The position numbers were made by a program, and so were the translations under genes. The notes beneath the pieces were generated by a model. It did not search any database. It saw nothing but the letters and a program-made list of their open reading frames with translations, and had not been told where the DNA came from. DNA of 64,000 bases, from assembly GCA_036478235.1 (NCBI GenBank), contig JAZGDZ010000040.1, positions 12,841-76,840 of the forward strand, read 5' to 3'. Shown here piece by piece: positions 30,681 to 40,681 of this stretch; within the stretch, counting starts at the first letter, position 1; every line of letters begins with the position of its first letter. Source of the DNA: Acidimicrobiia bacterium. Its GTDB lineage: Bacteria > Actinomycetota > Acidimicrobiia > Spongiisociales > UBA11373.

Positions 30681-31567
30681 CAGTCCCGGAGGAATCCCCA
30701 CATCCCGAAGACGCTCCCTGCGAGACCGGTCGCCGCACCGAAGCCGAGGATGAGAAGGCCGTTGCGCACCAGGAAGTCGACCGGGACCGCGAGAGCACCC
30801 GGGCTGGTCGAAGTAGAGAACAGTTCCGCGATCGACCCGCTCACACCCCAGACGAGTGCCACCGAGAGAGCGGCGCCGACCAACCCCTCGACGATGCCCT
30901 CGAGAAAGAACGGTATCCGCACGAACCAGTTGCCGGCACCGACGAGTTTCATGATCCCGATCTCCTCGCGTCTGGCGAAGACCGCTATGCGAATCGTGTT
31001 GGCGATCAGGATCACCGCGGCTGCTCCGAGGACCACCACGATCCACACCGCGAACGTCCTGAGCCGGTCGGAACGAGCCACGAGGGCATCAATCGCCTCA
31101 TCGGCCGCCGACACCTCCCTGATACCCGGGATGACGACAAGCCGATCGGTGATCGCCGAGTAGTCCGCGGCCGCCGTCGGCCGGATCCTGAGGGAAGCCG
31201 GCAGGATCGACGGGTCCTCCTCCACTACATCGATCAAAGACTGCTGGTCCGCGAAGAGTTCCCTGAACTCGTCGAGCGCCTCGGCCTTGGAAAAGTACTC
31301 GACCCCTTCGACCTGCTCCCAAACCTGGAGGTCGCGCTGCAGCGAATCAATCTCTTCGAGGGTCAGCTCATCACTGAGAAAGGCGATCACGCGGACGTTG
31401 TCGTCCCACCTTCCGATATCCTGGTCGATCGACCACCTGAGCACGATCGTCCCAAACACCAGGGTGAGCATCACGAGAACCGCCACGACCGCGGAGAACA
31501 CGACCAAGACATTCCTGCGGAGATTGGCGGCCGCCTGCCCGAGCAGGTATTGGAACCTCATGCTCAA
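30680..31567 (-). CDS. ftsX: Cell division ABC transporter permease FtsX
   Basis: 295 aa, 4 TM with a large extracellular loop. Paired with ftsE. Confidence 0.88.
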   Translation of the reverse strand: MSMRFQYLLGQAAANLRRNVLVVFSAVVAVLVMLTLVFGTIVLRWSIDQDIGRWDDNVRVIAFLSDELTLEEIDSLQRDLQVWEQVEGVEYFSKAEALDEFRELFADQQSLIDVVEEDPSILPASLRIRPTAAADYSAITDRLVVIPGIREVSAADEAIDALVARSDRLRTFAVWIVVVLGAAAVILIANTIRIAVFARREEIGIMKLVGAGNWFVRIPFFLEGIVEGLVGAALSVALVWGVSGSIAELFSTSTSPGALAVPVDFLVRNGLLILGFGAATGLAGSVFGMWGFLRD

Positions 31568-32268
31568 GCCTCGACGATCGGCTGGTCCGAGGTCTCATAG
31601 GCACCGCGCGACTGGTCGCGCACAACTCGCCCGCGCTCCAGGGCTATCACCCTGCGCCTCATCGCATCGACAATCGCATGATCGTGAGTGGCCATGACGA
31701 CGGTGGTCCCCGTACGGTTGATCCGATCGAGCAAGCGCATGATCCCCACCGAAGTCGCCGGGTCGAGATTCCCGGTCGGCTCGTCGGCGAGGACGATCAG
31801 CGGCCGATTGACGAATGCACGCGCGATCGAAACACGCTGCTGCTCACCGCCCGACAGCTGGTTCGGCAGGCGGTCGGCCTTCGCCGCCAGGCCCACGAGC
31901 TTGAGTACCTGCGGCACCTGATTTCGGATCACGTGCCGGGGCCGGCCGATGACCTCCAGCGCAAAGGCGACGTTCTCGTAAACCGTCTTGCTCGGAAGGA
32001 GCTTGAAGTCCTGGAAGACCGTCCCCACCGAACGGCGCAACAGCGGCACCTTCCAGGACGGGAGCTTGGAAGTCTGCTTGCCGGCCACCCAAATCGCCCC
32101 ATCCGTCGGCAGCTCCTGGCGCAGAATGAGCCGGATGAGCGTCGACTTGCCGGAGCCCGACGGGCCAACGAAGAAGACGAACTCACCCTTCTGGATCTCG
32201 AGTGAGACGTCGCTGACCGCGACGGTGACACCGTCGTATACCTTGGTCACGTCTTGCAGGCGGATCAT
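31564..32268 (-). CDS. ftsE: Cell division ATP-binding protein FtsE
   Basis: [11 protein letters not shown]...[10 protein letters not shown]...[14 protein letters not shown]...ADEPTGNLD. Confidence 0.92.
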   Translation of the reverse strand: MIRLQDVTKVYDGVTVAVSDVSLEIQKGEFVFFVGPSGSGKSTLIRLILRQELPTDGAIWVAGKQTSKLPSWKVPLLRRSVGTVFQDFKLLPSKTVYENVAFALEVIGRPRHVIRNQVPQVLKLVGLAAKADRLPNQLSGGEQQRVSIARAFVNRPLIVLADEPTGNLDPATSVGIMRLLDRINRTGTTVVMATHDHAIVDAMRRRVIALERGRVVRDQSRGAYETSDQPIVEA

Positions 32269-32380
32269 GAAGCCTCTCGGGCACCTTGCGGGAATCTCGG
32301 CGGCTCCCCCTCTAATCCGTCGACGCCCAGGCGAGATTACTAGGGGTCCCGTTTAGTTCCGCGTATCTCCGAAACGGCCG

Positions 32381-33488
32381 TCATGCCCCGGCCGCGGCCC
32401 TCCTCCATTGCAGATAGGCGTCGGAGAACCCCTCCAGGCTCCCGTCGAGCACGGCCTGCACGTTCCCCACCTCGAGGTCGGTGCGGAGGTCCTTCACCAT
32501 CTGGTAGGGCTGCAAGACGTATGACCGGATCTGGCGTCCCCAGGCGGCTTCACCCTGCTCCCCGCGTATCTCATCGATCTGCTCGATCTGCTCCTGCCGA
32601 GCCCGTTCCGCCAACCGAGCCGCGAGGAGGGCCATCGCCCGATTGCGATTCTGCAGCTGCGATCGCTCCGCCTGGCAGGCCACGACTATGCCTGTCGGCT
32701 CGTGAGTGATCCTGACGGCCGAATCGGTCACGTTGACGTGCTGGCCTCCCGAGCCCGACGAACGAAAGACATCGATGCGCAGATCGTCCGGATTGATCTC
32801 GACCTCCTCCACCTCCACTTCGGGTATCACGTCCACGCCGGCAAATGAGGTGTGACGCCGCGAGGCGGCATCGAATGGGCTGATTCGCACCAGACGGTGC
32901 ACGCCCCGCTCCGACTCGAGGACCCCGTAGGCGTGGTCACCGCGCACTGTCAACGTTGCCGATCGAATGCCGGCCTCCTCCGCTGGGAGTACCTCGTCGA
33001 CCTCCACCTGGAGCCCACGCCGATCCAGGTAGCGCAAGTACATCCGAAGCATCATCTCCGCCCAATCGGCGGCATCGACTCCCCCGGCGCCGGCGTGAAT
33101 GCTCAGAATCGCGGCTCGATCGTCGTACTCCCCGAAGAAGAGGCTCTCTCTCTCCAGTTCGCCGAGATCGGAGGCCACCGATTCCAGTTCCGCTGCCACA
33201 TCGACGGCGGCGGCCGCATCCTCCTCTTCTGCGGCCAAGTCGAGCAGGACCTCGGCGTCGTCGATGGCGCCCGCCAAACGCTCCACCCGATCGATGATGC
33301 CTTCGTACTTGGCGAGGGTGCGAGTCACCCGGAGCGCCCGCTGCTGGTCGTCCCACAGGTCGGGCGCGGCCGCCTGCTCGTTCAGGCTCTCGAGAGCCTC
33401 GAGCTTGCCCGGCACGTCAAAGGAACCTCCTGGCGTCGTCGAGGCGCGCTCGCAGGGATGAGATTGTGGCTCGGGGGTCCTGGTCCAT
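32381..33488 (-). CDS. prfB: Peptide chain release factor 2, expressed via programmed +1 frameshift (frame 0: 33488..33422, then 33420..32381)
   Basis: Frame-0 reading MDQDPRATISSLRARLDDARRFL then CTT TGA C, preceded by the AGGAGG SD-like element. The downstream frame carries DVPGKLEALES...SGSGGQHVNVTDSAVRITH (the GGQ motif). Confidence 0.9.
33418..33429 (-). promoter_or_regulatory. prfB autoregulatory +1 frameshift site (AGGAGG-TTC-CTT-TGA-C)
   Basis: Minus-strand sequence ...gccaggaggttcctttgacgtg.... A UGA stop in frame 0 after 23 codons. The shifty CUU U motif and the internal SD match the classical prfB site. Confidence 0.85.
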
Positions 33489-33523
33489 GGCGCGGCGGAG
33501 GATAACCAGTTGGCCATTGGCCA

Positions 33524-33596
33524 GGCATCAGGCATTAGGCACCAGTCACCAGTCACCAGAAGGATGACGCGCCCTGACTGGAAACTGGAGACTCGA
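33524..33596. repeat. Heptamer tandem repeats (AGGCATY)x3, (CACCAGT)x3, (GACTGGA-like)x3 in the prfB upstream/secA downstream spacer
   Basis: aggcatcaggcattaggcaccagtcaccagtcaccaga...gactggaaactggagactcga. Confidence 0.85.
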
Positions 33597-33703
33597 AGGG
33601 TGCAGGGGACCCGCCGGGAAAAGACAACACGGCCGCGGTGGGCCAACGGGCCCCACCATGCGGAGGAGGCGGGGTGCAGTGGACCCGCCGGGAAAAGACA
33701 CGG

Positions 33704-36331
33704 CTACGTGACTGCTCCATGACACTTCTTGTACTTCTTGCCGCTGCCGCAGTGGCACGGATCATTGCGGCCGATCTTGTCGCCGGCGTTTGCCTGACGC
33801 TTGAAGGCGGCCCCGCCGGTGCCGCCGAGCCTCACGACGGGGTCGGGACGGTTCTGCTGTTCGACCACCTGGCTGTGGAACAGGTACCGGACACTGTCGA
33901 CCTTGATGCTGTCCACCATGTCGGCGAACATGTCGTAGGCCTCCCGCTGATACTCGGTCAGAGGGTCGCGCTGCCCCATGGCGCGCAACCCGATGCCCGA
34001 CCGCAGGTAGTCCATCTCGGCGAGTTGCTCCCGCCACTTGGTATCGACGATCGACAGCACCACGGTTCGCTCCAGAGTGCGCAGCAGTTGGGCCCCGAGC
34101 TGCTCGCCTCGAGCCGTGTACACCTCCTGGGCATCCTCCGCCACCCGGTCCACGACGGCCTCACGGTCGTCGCCCGGCTTCACCAGGTCGCCGACCTCCA
34201 GCCGAATGGGATAGATGACCTCCAGCCTTCGATGCAGCTCCTCGGCTTCCCATTGCTCCGGAGCGATCTCATCCGAGATGGCGTTGCCGGTCTCGATGTC
34301 GATCACCTCGTCGACCCAATCGCGCACCAGCTGTTCGGTGTCGCGGCCGGTGAGAACCCGCTGCCGCCAGTCGTAGATCACCTCACGCTGACGGGTCATC
34401 ACCTCGTCGTACTTGAGGACGTTCTTGCGAATCTCGAGGTTCTGCGACTCCACCTGGCGCTGGGCCCTTTCGATGGCGTTGGTCACCATCTTGGCCTCGA
34501 TCGGGACGTCTTCGGGGATACGCAGCCGTTTCATGATCGATTGCACGCGATCGGTGGCGAAGCGACGCATGAGATCGTCCTCGAGCGAGAGGTAAAAGCG
34601 CGACTCGCCCGGATCGCCCTGGCGCCCCGACCTTCCCCGGAGCTGGTTGTCGATGCGACGCGCTTCGTGCCGCTCGGTGGCGAGCACGTAGAGCCCGCCG
34701 AGTTCGATCACCTTCGCCATCTCGGCGTCGGTCTCGGCCTTGAGAGTCTCGAAGGCCTCGGAATAGACCCCTTCGTACTCTTCGTCGTCGGGGGAGGTCC
34801 CGCGTTTGCTCATCTCCTGAACGGCCATCGCCTCCGGGTTGCCGCCGAGCCGGATATCGACGCCGCGTCCCGCCATGTTCGTGGCCACGGTGATCGCGCC
34901 CAAGCGACCAGCCTGGGCGATGATCGGACCCTCTCGTTCGTGTTGTTTGGCGTTGAGGACTTCGTGGGGAATCCCCTTCTTCTTGAGGACCGCGGACAGC
35001 CGCTCGGAGTTCTCGATGCTGATCGTGCCGACGAGCACCGGCTGCCCGCTGGCGTGACGCTCCACGAGGTCCTCGGTGAGAGCATTGAACTTGGCGTCCT
35101 CGGTCATGTAGACGAGATCGGGCTGGTCGAGGCGGACGATCGGCTCGTTGGTCGGAACCACCACGACGTCGAGACCGTAGATCTCGTTGAACTCACCGGC
35201 CTCTGTGATCGCCGTCCCGGTCATGCCCGCCAGCTTGTCGTACAACCGGAAGTAGTTCTGCAGCGTGATGGTCGCCAGCGTCTGGTTCTCCTCCTTGATC
35301 CGGACGCCCTCCTTGGCTTCGATCGCCTGATGAAGGCCCTCGCTGTAGCGCCTCCCTTCGAGGATCCTGCCGGTGAACTCGTCGACGATCTTCACCTCGC
35401 CGTTGGCTACCACGTAGTCGATGTCCCGCTGGTAGAGAGCCTTGGCTTTCAAGGCCACGTCGAGATGGTGGATGAAGTCCACGTTGGTGTGGTCGTACAT
35501 GTTCTCGATGCCCAGGAAGCGTTCGACCTGAGTGACTCCCCCCTCAGTCGTGATCACCTGCCGCTTCCCTTCGTCCACCTCGTAGTGGGTCTCGGCGTGG
35601 AGCCTTTGAGCCATGCGGGCGAAGTCGCGATACCACTTGGCAGTCTCGCCAACCCGGCCGCTGATGATGAGCGGAGTCCTCGCCTCGTCGATGAGGATGG
35701 AGTCCACCTCGTCGACGATCGCGTACTGGTGCCCCCTTTGCACCATGTACTTCGGGTCCATGGCCATGTTGTCCCGCAGGTAGTCGAAACCGAACTCGTT
35801 GTTGGTGCCGTAGGTCAGGTCGGCCGCATACGCCGGCCTGCGCTCCTCCGGCTGCATGTCGGCCTGGATGAGCCCGACGGTCAGCCCAAGGAACAGGTAC
35901 ACCCCGCCCATCCACTCGGCGTCCCGCTTGGCGAGATAGTCGTTGACCGTTACGACGTGTACGCCCTTGCCCTCCAAAGCGTTGAGGTAAACCGGCATGG
36001 TGGAAACGAGCGTCTTGCCCTCCCCGGTGCGCATCTCGGCGATCGCATGGCGGTGAAGGGCTGCCGCGCCGATGACCTGGACATCGAAGTGGCGCTGGCC
36101 GAGCACCCGCCGGGCGGCCTCGCGTACGACGGCAAACGCCTCGGCCTCGATGTCGTCCAGCGTCTCCCCGTCCGCCAGCCGCCTGCGAAACTCATCGGTC
36201 TTGGCCTTGAGAGCCTCGTCCCCGAGAGCCTCAATCTCGGGCTCGAACCCGTTGACGGCGTCGGCGACCCTCTCGAGCTCTTTGAGCTTCTTGCCCTCGC
36301 CCGCGCTCAGGATCTTCTTCAGCAGGGCCAT
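33704..36331 (-). CDS. secA: Preprotein translocase ATPase SecA
   Basis: [20 protein letters not shown]... DEAD motor and a C-terminal Zn finger [14 protein letters not shown]. The ORF-track N-terminal extension ([12 protein letters not shown]...) is encoded by an intergenic repeat module, so the start is set at ATG 36331. Confidence 0.93.
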   Translation of the reverse strand: MALLKKILSAGEGKKLKELERVADAVNGFEPEIEALGDEALKAKTDEFRRRLADGETLDDIEAEAFAVVREAARRVLGQRHFDVQVIGAAALHRHAIAEMRTGEGKTLVSTMPVYLNALEGKGVHVVTVNDYLAKRDAEWMGGVYLFLGLTVGLIQADMQPEERRPAYAADLTYGTNNEFGFDYLRDNMAMDPKYMVQRGHQYAIVDEVDSILIDEARTPLIISGRVGETAKWYRDFARMAQRLHAETHYEVDEGKRQVITTEGGVTQVERFLGIENMYDHTNVDFIHHLDVALKAKALYQRDIDYVVANGEVKIVDEFTGRILEGRRYSEGLHQAIEAKEGVRIKEENQTLATITLQNYFRLYDKLAGMTGTAITEAGEFNEIYGLDVVVVPTNEPIVRLDQPDLVYMTEDAKFNALTEDLVERHASGQPVLVGTISIENSERLSAVLKKKGIPHEVLNAKQHEREGPIIAQAGRLGAITVATNMAGRGVDIRLGGNPEAMAVQEMSKRGTSPDDEEYEGVYSEAFETLKAETDAEMAKVIELGGLYVLATERHEARRIDNQLRGRSGRQGDPGESRFYLSLEDDLMRRFATDRVQSIMKRLRIPEDVPIEAKMVTNAIERAQRQVESQNLEIRKNVLKYDEVMTRQREVIYDWRQRVLTGRDTEQLVRDWVDEVIDIETGNAISDEIAPEQWEAEELHRRLEVIYPIRLEVGDLVKPGDDREAVVDRVAEDAQEVYTARGEQLGAQLLRTLERTVVLSIVDTKWREQLAEMDYLRSGIGLRAMGQRDPLTEYQREAYDMFADMVDSIKVDSVRYLFHSQVVEQQNRPDPVVRLGGTGGAAFKRQANAGDKIGRNDPCHCGSGKKYKKCHGAVT

Positions 36332-36377
36332 GAGAACGCCATCATATCGGTGGGGTCGCGCTGCGGAATAGAGGGGT

Positions 36378-36600
36378 AAAGAGGGCGCACCGACAGGCGC
36401 GGACTCGGCGGCCTGGGGCTGGGGACCCCGGGCCGTACAGCGATGAGCCGTAAGGCGAAGAGCCATCGACAAAGAGGGCGCGCCGCTAGGCGCGGACTCG
36501 GCGGCCTGGAGCGAGCGCCGTAGCCAAACCAGCGATGAGCCGTAAGGCGAAGAGCCATCAGCATCGGTTGAGAGTCCGCTTCATAAGCGGACACTCAACG
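36378..36600. repeat. Two tandem ~94-bp copies of repeat module (AGAGGGCGCRCCG-AGGCGCGGACTCGGCGGCCTGG...CAGCGATGAGCCGTAAGGCGAAGAGCCATC) plus a terminal hairpin (TTGAGAGTCCGC-ttcataa-GCGGACACTCAA)
   Basis: Direct reading. Homologous to 50955-51085 and, in reverse complement, to 8216-8300. Confidence 0.85.
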
Positions 36601-37920
36601 CTCTATGCGCTCGCCGTGTTCCAGGGACTCGAGAAGCGATCCGGGATCCACTCCGGCCTCTTCCGCCATCATCTGCGACACCACCGTGACGCCGGTCAGA
36701 TCGATCGGTTCAGGCGTCTCCAGCACCTCACCCTCGGCCGAACGCACCACGAACCCGCGGCGCATTCCTTCGCCGACGGCGCTCACCAGCACCACCCGTC
36801 CCCCCGGGATCTGCAGCAGCGATCCCGGCGGGTATTCGCCGGTCATCTGGATGAAGAGCCTGAGCAGGTCCGGGTCGTAAGCGGTCCCGGCGCCCTCGAG
36901 GAGCACCCGCAGCGCCTCGTTGGGGGTGCGGGCCGAGCGATAGCTGCGGAAGGAGGTGATCGCATCGTATGAATCGGCGATGGCCACGATCCGGCTGAAG
37001 AGGTGCGGCCTCCTGCCGGCGAGGTCCGGATAGCCCGTGCCATCGATTCGAGCATGATGCTCGAGCGCGATAATCGCAGCTTTCTCCTGTCCGCTGCCGG
37101 CCGCGGCCATGATGGTCGCCGCGCCCTCCTGCGGGTGCAGCCGGACCTGGGCCCAGTCCTCGTTCGACAGCCGGCCCGGGTTGCGCAGAGCGGCCTCGTC
37201 GACGATGACCCGGCCGATGTCGTGAAGCAGCGCCCCGAGGCCGAGCTGCCTCACGTCCTCGCGCTGGAAGCCGGCGAACCGGCCCAGAGCCATCGAAAGA
37301 AGGCACACATTCACCGAGTGGTAGTAGGTGACCTCGTCGTGGTTCTGCACAGTTGCCAGGAGCATGGATGAGCCGGCGTCAGCAGCTCCTCCATCGATGA
37401 ATTCGTCCACCGCCTCCATCACCCCGTCGAGGTGGAGAGACTCACCGCGCGAAACACCCCGCAGCGTGTCGAGGGAGAAGGCGTACGACCGGCGGAGGCC
37501 GTGCAGCGGCCGAATCTCGAGGTCAGACGGGCGTAGCGACCGTTCGTTGAGCCGAACGGTCCCCTCGGCCGGAAGGTCCTCCGAAACCCCCGCCACCAGC
37601 GCTGCCAGATCGGCGAGGTCGTTGCTGCTCGTGCCCCGCAACATGGTGATCGAGTCAATCTTGAGATCCTTGAGGTCGGCCAGCATGGAATCGAACTCGG
37701 TGCTCGCATGGGCCAGCATCTTGCGACCGAGATAGAAGGCGTCCCCGACTATGGACAGCACCGCCTCGTCGGGACCCGCCACGAGGACTTCGGCTGAGCC
37801 ACTCAAGGCGGCGACGGCATCCTGAACGGCGGATTCCGAGTCGCCACGGGCCATCCGCTGGGAAGCGTTGGACAACGCCCTCAGGAAGTTGCGCCCCAGA
37901 AGTTCACTCATTCCGGCCAC
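36595..37920 (-). CDS. HD-GYP domain c-di-GMP phosphodiesterase with an N-terminal uncharacterised sensor domain
   Basis: HD...ALLHDIGRV...ALEHHARIDGTGYPD are the HD-GYP signatures. 441 aa. Confidence 0.8.
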   Translation of the reverse strand: MAGMSELLGRNFLRALSNASQRMARGDSESAVQDAVAALSGSAEVLVAGPDEAVLSIVGDAFYLGRKMLAHASTEFDSMLADLKDLKIDSITMLRGTSSNDLADLAALVAGVSEDLPAEGTVRLNERSLRPSDLEIRPLHGLRRSYAFSLDTLRGVSRGESLHLDGVMEAVDEFIDGGAADAGSSMLLATVQNHDEVTYYHSVNVCLLSMALGRFAGFQREDVRQLGLGALLHDIGRVIVDEAALRNPGRLSNEDWAQVRLHPQEGAATIMAAAGSGQEKAAIIALEHHARIDGTGYPDLAGRRPHLFSRIVAIADSYDAITSFRSYRSARTPNEALRVLLEGAGTAYDPDLLRLFIQMTGEYPPGSLLQIPGGRVVLVSAVGEGMRRGFVVRSAEGEVLETPEPIDLTGVTVVSQMMAEEAGVDPGSLLESLEHGERIER

Positions 37921-38960
37921 CTCTCGAGTTCGGCCCGAGCCGCGTCGCGTACAGCCTTGGAGGCTCCGAGCGCAAACTTTCTCGAGGAAAGCCGCTCCAG
38001 GGCCTCACGCACCTGCGGGCCGCGCCGCTCGGCGATGATGTCCACCAGTCGGCGGGCGTCGTCGGCCGAACCGGTCCCTGCCTCGAGTGCCTCGACGATT
38101 CCGGGCACCACCGAGTCTGCCGCGCTCGCCCTGAGGAGGGAGGCCGCCGCCTGGCGGACCCGGGGACTCGAGTCGCTCAGGAATCGCAGCACCCCGGGCA
38201 CCGCACCGTCGCCCTTGAGAGCGGCAATGGCCCGGATCACCTCGACCCGCACACGATCGTCCTCGTGGTCGGCGATGGATTCGAGAGCCGGCAGCGCCGA
38301 GACCCGGCCAGCCTTTCCGATCGCGGTGGCGACGTTGCGAACGACAAACCAGCGCGAATCCGCCAACCGCGCAGTGAGATGGCGGGCATCACCCCTCCCT
38401 GCCATGCCGAGGAACTCGACGATGTGACGACGGTTGACGATCGATTCTTCGACAACGATCTGTCCGATCAGGTACTCGACCAGCGGCTCGCCCCAGGCAG
38501 CCAGTACCGGAGCCGCCGAAACGGGGCTGTCCGTCTCGACCAGGCCGGTGACGAGATCGGAGAACAGCTCGTCGCCGGAGAGATCGCGCCGCGCCTCGGC
38601 CACCAGGTGGGAGAACTCCTCGGCGAAGACCGGAGCCGAGGCGAGCGCTCGCATCCACATCCCCGCCTTCTCGTACTCACGGGCACGGACGGCGCCTGCC
38701 ACCTTGCCGGTCCAGATGCGCAACAGCCGTCGAAAGCGGTCGGCGCGATGCTCCACGCGGAGTAGATCCCGGAACACCCCGATGCTGGCCACGAGATCCT
38801 CCGGCCCATCGGGAAGCTGGGCGAGAACCTTGTCGCGTAGGTCGGCATCCGCGGCCGCGGTATCCACCGAGTCGAAGACCGCCCGAACGCGCTGCAGTTG
38901 TTCGTCGTGCCAGTCGACGCCGACAGTATCGAGTTCCGCCGAGCCGTTGCCGCCGGCCAT
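37908..38960 (-). CDS. HEAT-repeat domain protein
   Basis: 350 aa of repeated ~30-aa alpha-helical units (VRNVATAIGKAGRVSALPALESIADHEDDRVRVEVIRAIAAL...SPRVRQAAASLL). Overlaps the HD-GYP start by 13 nt. Confidence 0.6.
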   Translation of the reverse strand: MAGGNGSAELDTVGVDWHDEQLQRVRAVFDSVDTAAADADLRDKVLAQLPDGPEDLVASIGVFRDLLRVEHRADRFRRLLRIWTGKVAGAVRAREYEKAGMWMRALASAPVFAEEFSHLVAEARRDLSGDELFSDLVTGLVETDSPVSAAPVLAAWGEPLVEYLIGQIVVEESIVNRRHIVEFLGMAGRGDARHLTARLADSRWFVVRNVATAIGKAGRVSALPALESIADHEDDRVRVEVIRAIAALKGDGAVPGVLRFLSDSSPRVRQAAASLLRASAADSVVPGIVEALEAGTGSADDARRLVDIIAERRGPQVREALERLSSRKFALGASKAVRDAARAELERWPE

Positions 38961-38962
38961 GG

Positions 38963-39610
38963 CTACAGCTCGATCAGTTTCTCGCGGACGGCGTACAGAA
39001 CCGCTTCGTTGCGGGAATGCAATCCGAGCTTGTCGAGGATGTTTCGCACGTGGTTCTTCACGGTGTTCTCACTGATGAATAGCACGTGACCGACTTGCTT
39101 TGATGTCATTCCGCGGGCGACATGCTTGAGCACCTCGATCTCGCGACCGGTCAGAGTGGGCTTGCGCGGGGCCAGAAAGTCCTGGTGCCGGAGCAGCTGG
39201 TTGAGGACATCGAGCAGCTTGCCGGTCATCGTCGGCGAGATCGACGCTCCGCCGTCCGCCACATCATGGAGGTCGCGGGCGAGGTCGGAGAAGGGAACGT
39301 CCTTGACGAGGTAGCCGCGGGCACCTGCCTTGATGCACGCCAGGAGATCTTCCTCGGACTCGCTCGCCGTCAGCATCACGATCGCCGTTGCCGGAGCCAC
39401 GGCGAGGATCTTCTCGACCGCCTCGAGCCCGGAGACGCCCGGCATCAGGATGTCGAGCACGACTAGATCGGGCTGTTCGGCTTCGGCCAGCGACACGGCG
39501 TGCTCGGCGTCCGCCGCCTCACCGCACACCGTGAAGCCCGCCCCGGAGAGGGCGGCCGAGAGACCGGTCCGGAACAGGTCTACGTCGTCTACGACTATTA
39601 CACGGCTCAC
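38963..39610 (-). CDS. NarL/LuxR-family response regulator (REC + HTH), orphan
   Basis: MSRVIVVDDVDLFRTGL...DLVVLDILMPGVSG... then GREIEVLKHVARGMTSKQVGHVLFISENTVKNHVRNI. ATGA overlap with hpf. Confidence 0.88.
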   Translation of the reverse strand: MSRVIVVDDVDLFRTGLSAALSGAGFTVCGEAADAEHAVSLAEAEQPDLVVLDILMPGVSGLEAVEKILAVAPATAIVMLTASESEEDLLACIKAGARGYLVKDVPFSDLARDLHDVADGGASISPTMTGKLLDVLNQLLRHQDFLAPRKPTLTGREIEVLKHVARGMTSKQVGHVLFISENTVKNHVRNILDKLGLHSRNEAVLYAVREKLIEL

Positions 39611-40159
39611 TGTGGTTCGATCAGCCCGAGCGTGCCTCCGCGGCGCCGGTACAACACTCCGTACCGGTCTGTCTCCGCGTTGAGGAACAGATAGAAGCTG
39701 TGTCCAAGCGTCTCCATCTGAAGGGCTGCCTCCTCTGGCGTCATCGGCTTGACGGCGAACTGCTTGATCCGCTCGATGCGGAGTCCGCGGTCTTCATCGT
39801 TGGTTACTTCGACGCCAGAGGCGGGGCCATTGAGTCGTTTCTCACCGCGCCGGTGCCGGGAGATGAGCCGCTCCTTGAGCCGCCGCAAGGTTCGCTCGAA
39901 TTTGTCCACAGCCCTGTCGAGAGCGGCACGCTCGTCGAACTCGGCCGCTTCGACTCTCACCGTGTGACCTGCCGCCGCTGCGGTGATCTCGACGCGGAAT
40001 CGTTCCGAAGCGATTCTGGGGTTGTGCTCCTCGGAGAATTCGACGTCGGCGAACGCAGCATCGTCAAACACCCTGGACGCATGGATGACCTTCTCTTCGG
40101 CAAGGATCCTCAGGTCGTCGTCGAGGGACATGTGATTGCCGTGGATACGAACCTCCACC
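39607..40159 (-). CDS. hpf: Ribosome hibernation promoting factor, long form
   Basis: VEVRIHGNHMSLDDDLRILAEEKV... plus a C-terminal dimerisation domain. GTG start 40159 with AAGGAG 5 nt upstream. The ORF-track 5' extension was rejected. Confidence 0.8.
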
Positions 40160-40322
40160 GTGTCTCCTTTCGCAGACGCGTCAGAACACCGTTTGGGCGC
40201 GGTCGGTGTGGCGAGCGTTGGGCCGGTAACGATGCGGGGCTCTTGGCACCCGTCCTCCCGTAGCTCTCGGTCCCCGTCTCGGGGGCTCACTACATCCTAC
40301 GGATGATCCGGGAGTTGCGTTG

Positions 40323-40670
40323 GCCAGGAGTCTGCTGAGTGATGCCGTTGCTCAGATCGTGGAACACAGCGCCGCCCGCAGGGCGGCTCAATCATGCGGA
40401 GGCGCTTCGGGGCCGAGCAGGACCCGAACGCCGCAGCCAAACCGGGCCAGGCGCGCCAGTCGCCAGGATCTCGGGTTCGCCACTCCTCGCGCAGGAATGG
40501 CGGGACCGTGGACACCGCTAGTGGCGATGTAGATCACAGCGCCGCCCGCAGGGCGGCACGTCCATGCGGAGGTGCTTCGGGGTCGAGCAGGACTCGAACG
40601 CCGCAGCCAAATACGTAGCCAAATACGGAGCCAAATCTGGACGTCGAGATGAGTGACATGTATTGCTCAG
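40323..40670. mobile_element. MITE-like non-autonomous element (~350 bp) with ~17-bp imperfect terminal inverted repeats (GCCAGGAGTCTGCTGAGT ... TGCTCAGCGGGCTCCCAG) and an internal tandem duplication of a ~130-bp hairpin unit
   Basis: Termini read directly. Interior is the reverse complement of the 8280-8420 modules. A shorter derivative lies at 51923-52092. Confidence 0.7.
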
Positions 40671-40681
40671 CGGGCTCCCAG

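Noticed and set aside
36332-36472. N-terminal extension of SecA ([31 protein letters not shown]...) given by the ORF track, and similar extensions of ndk (to 3985), tig (to 12015), hpf (to 40290) and pmi (to 46639)
   Set aside because: The extensions are encoded by intergenic repeat modules or lack RBS and conservation. The conserved N-termini begin at internal ATG/GTG codons with better Shine-Dalgarno context.
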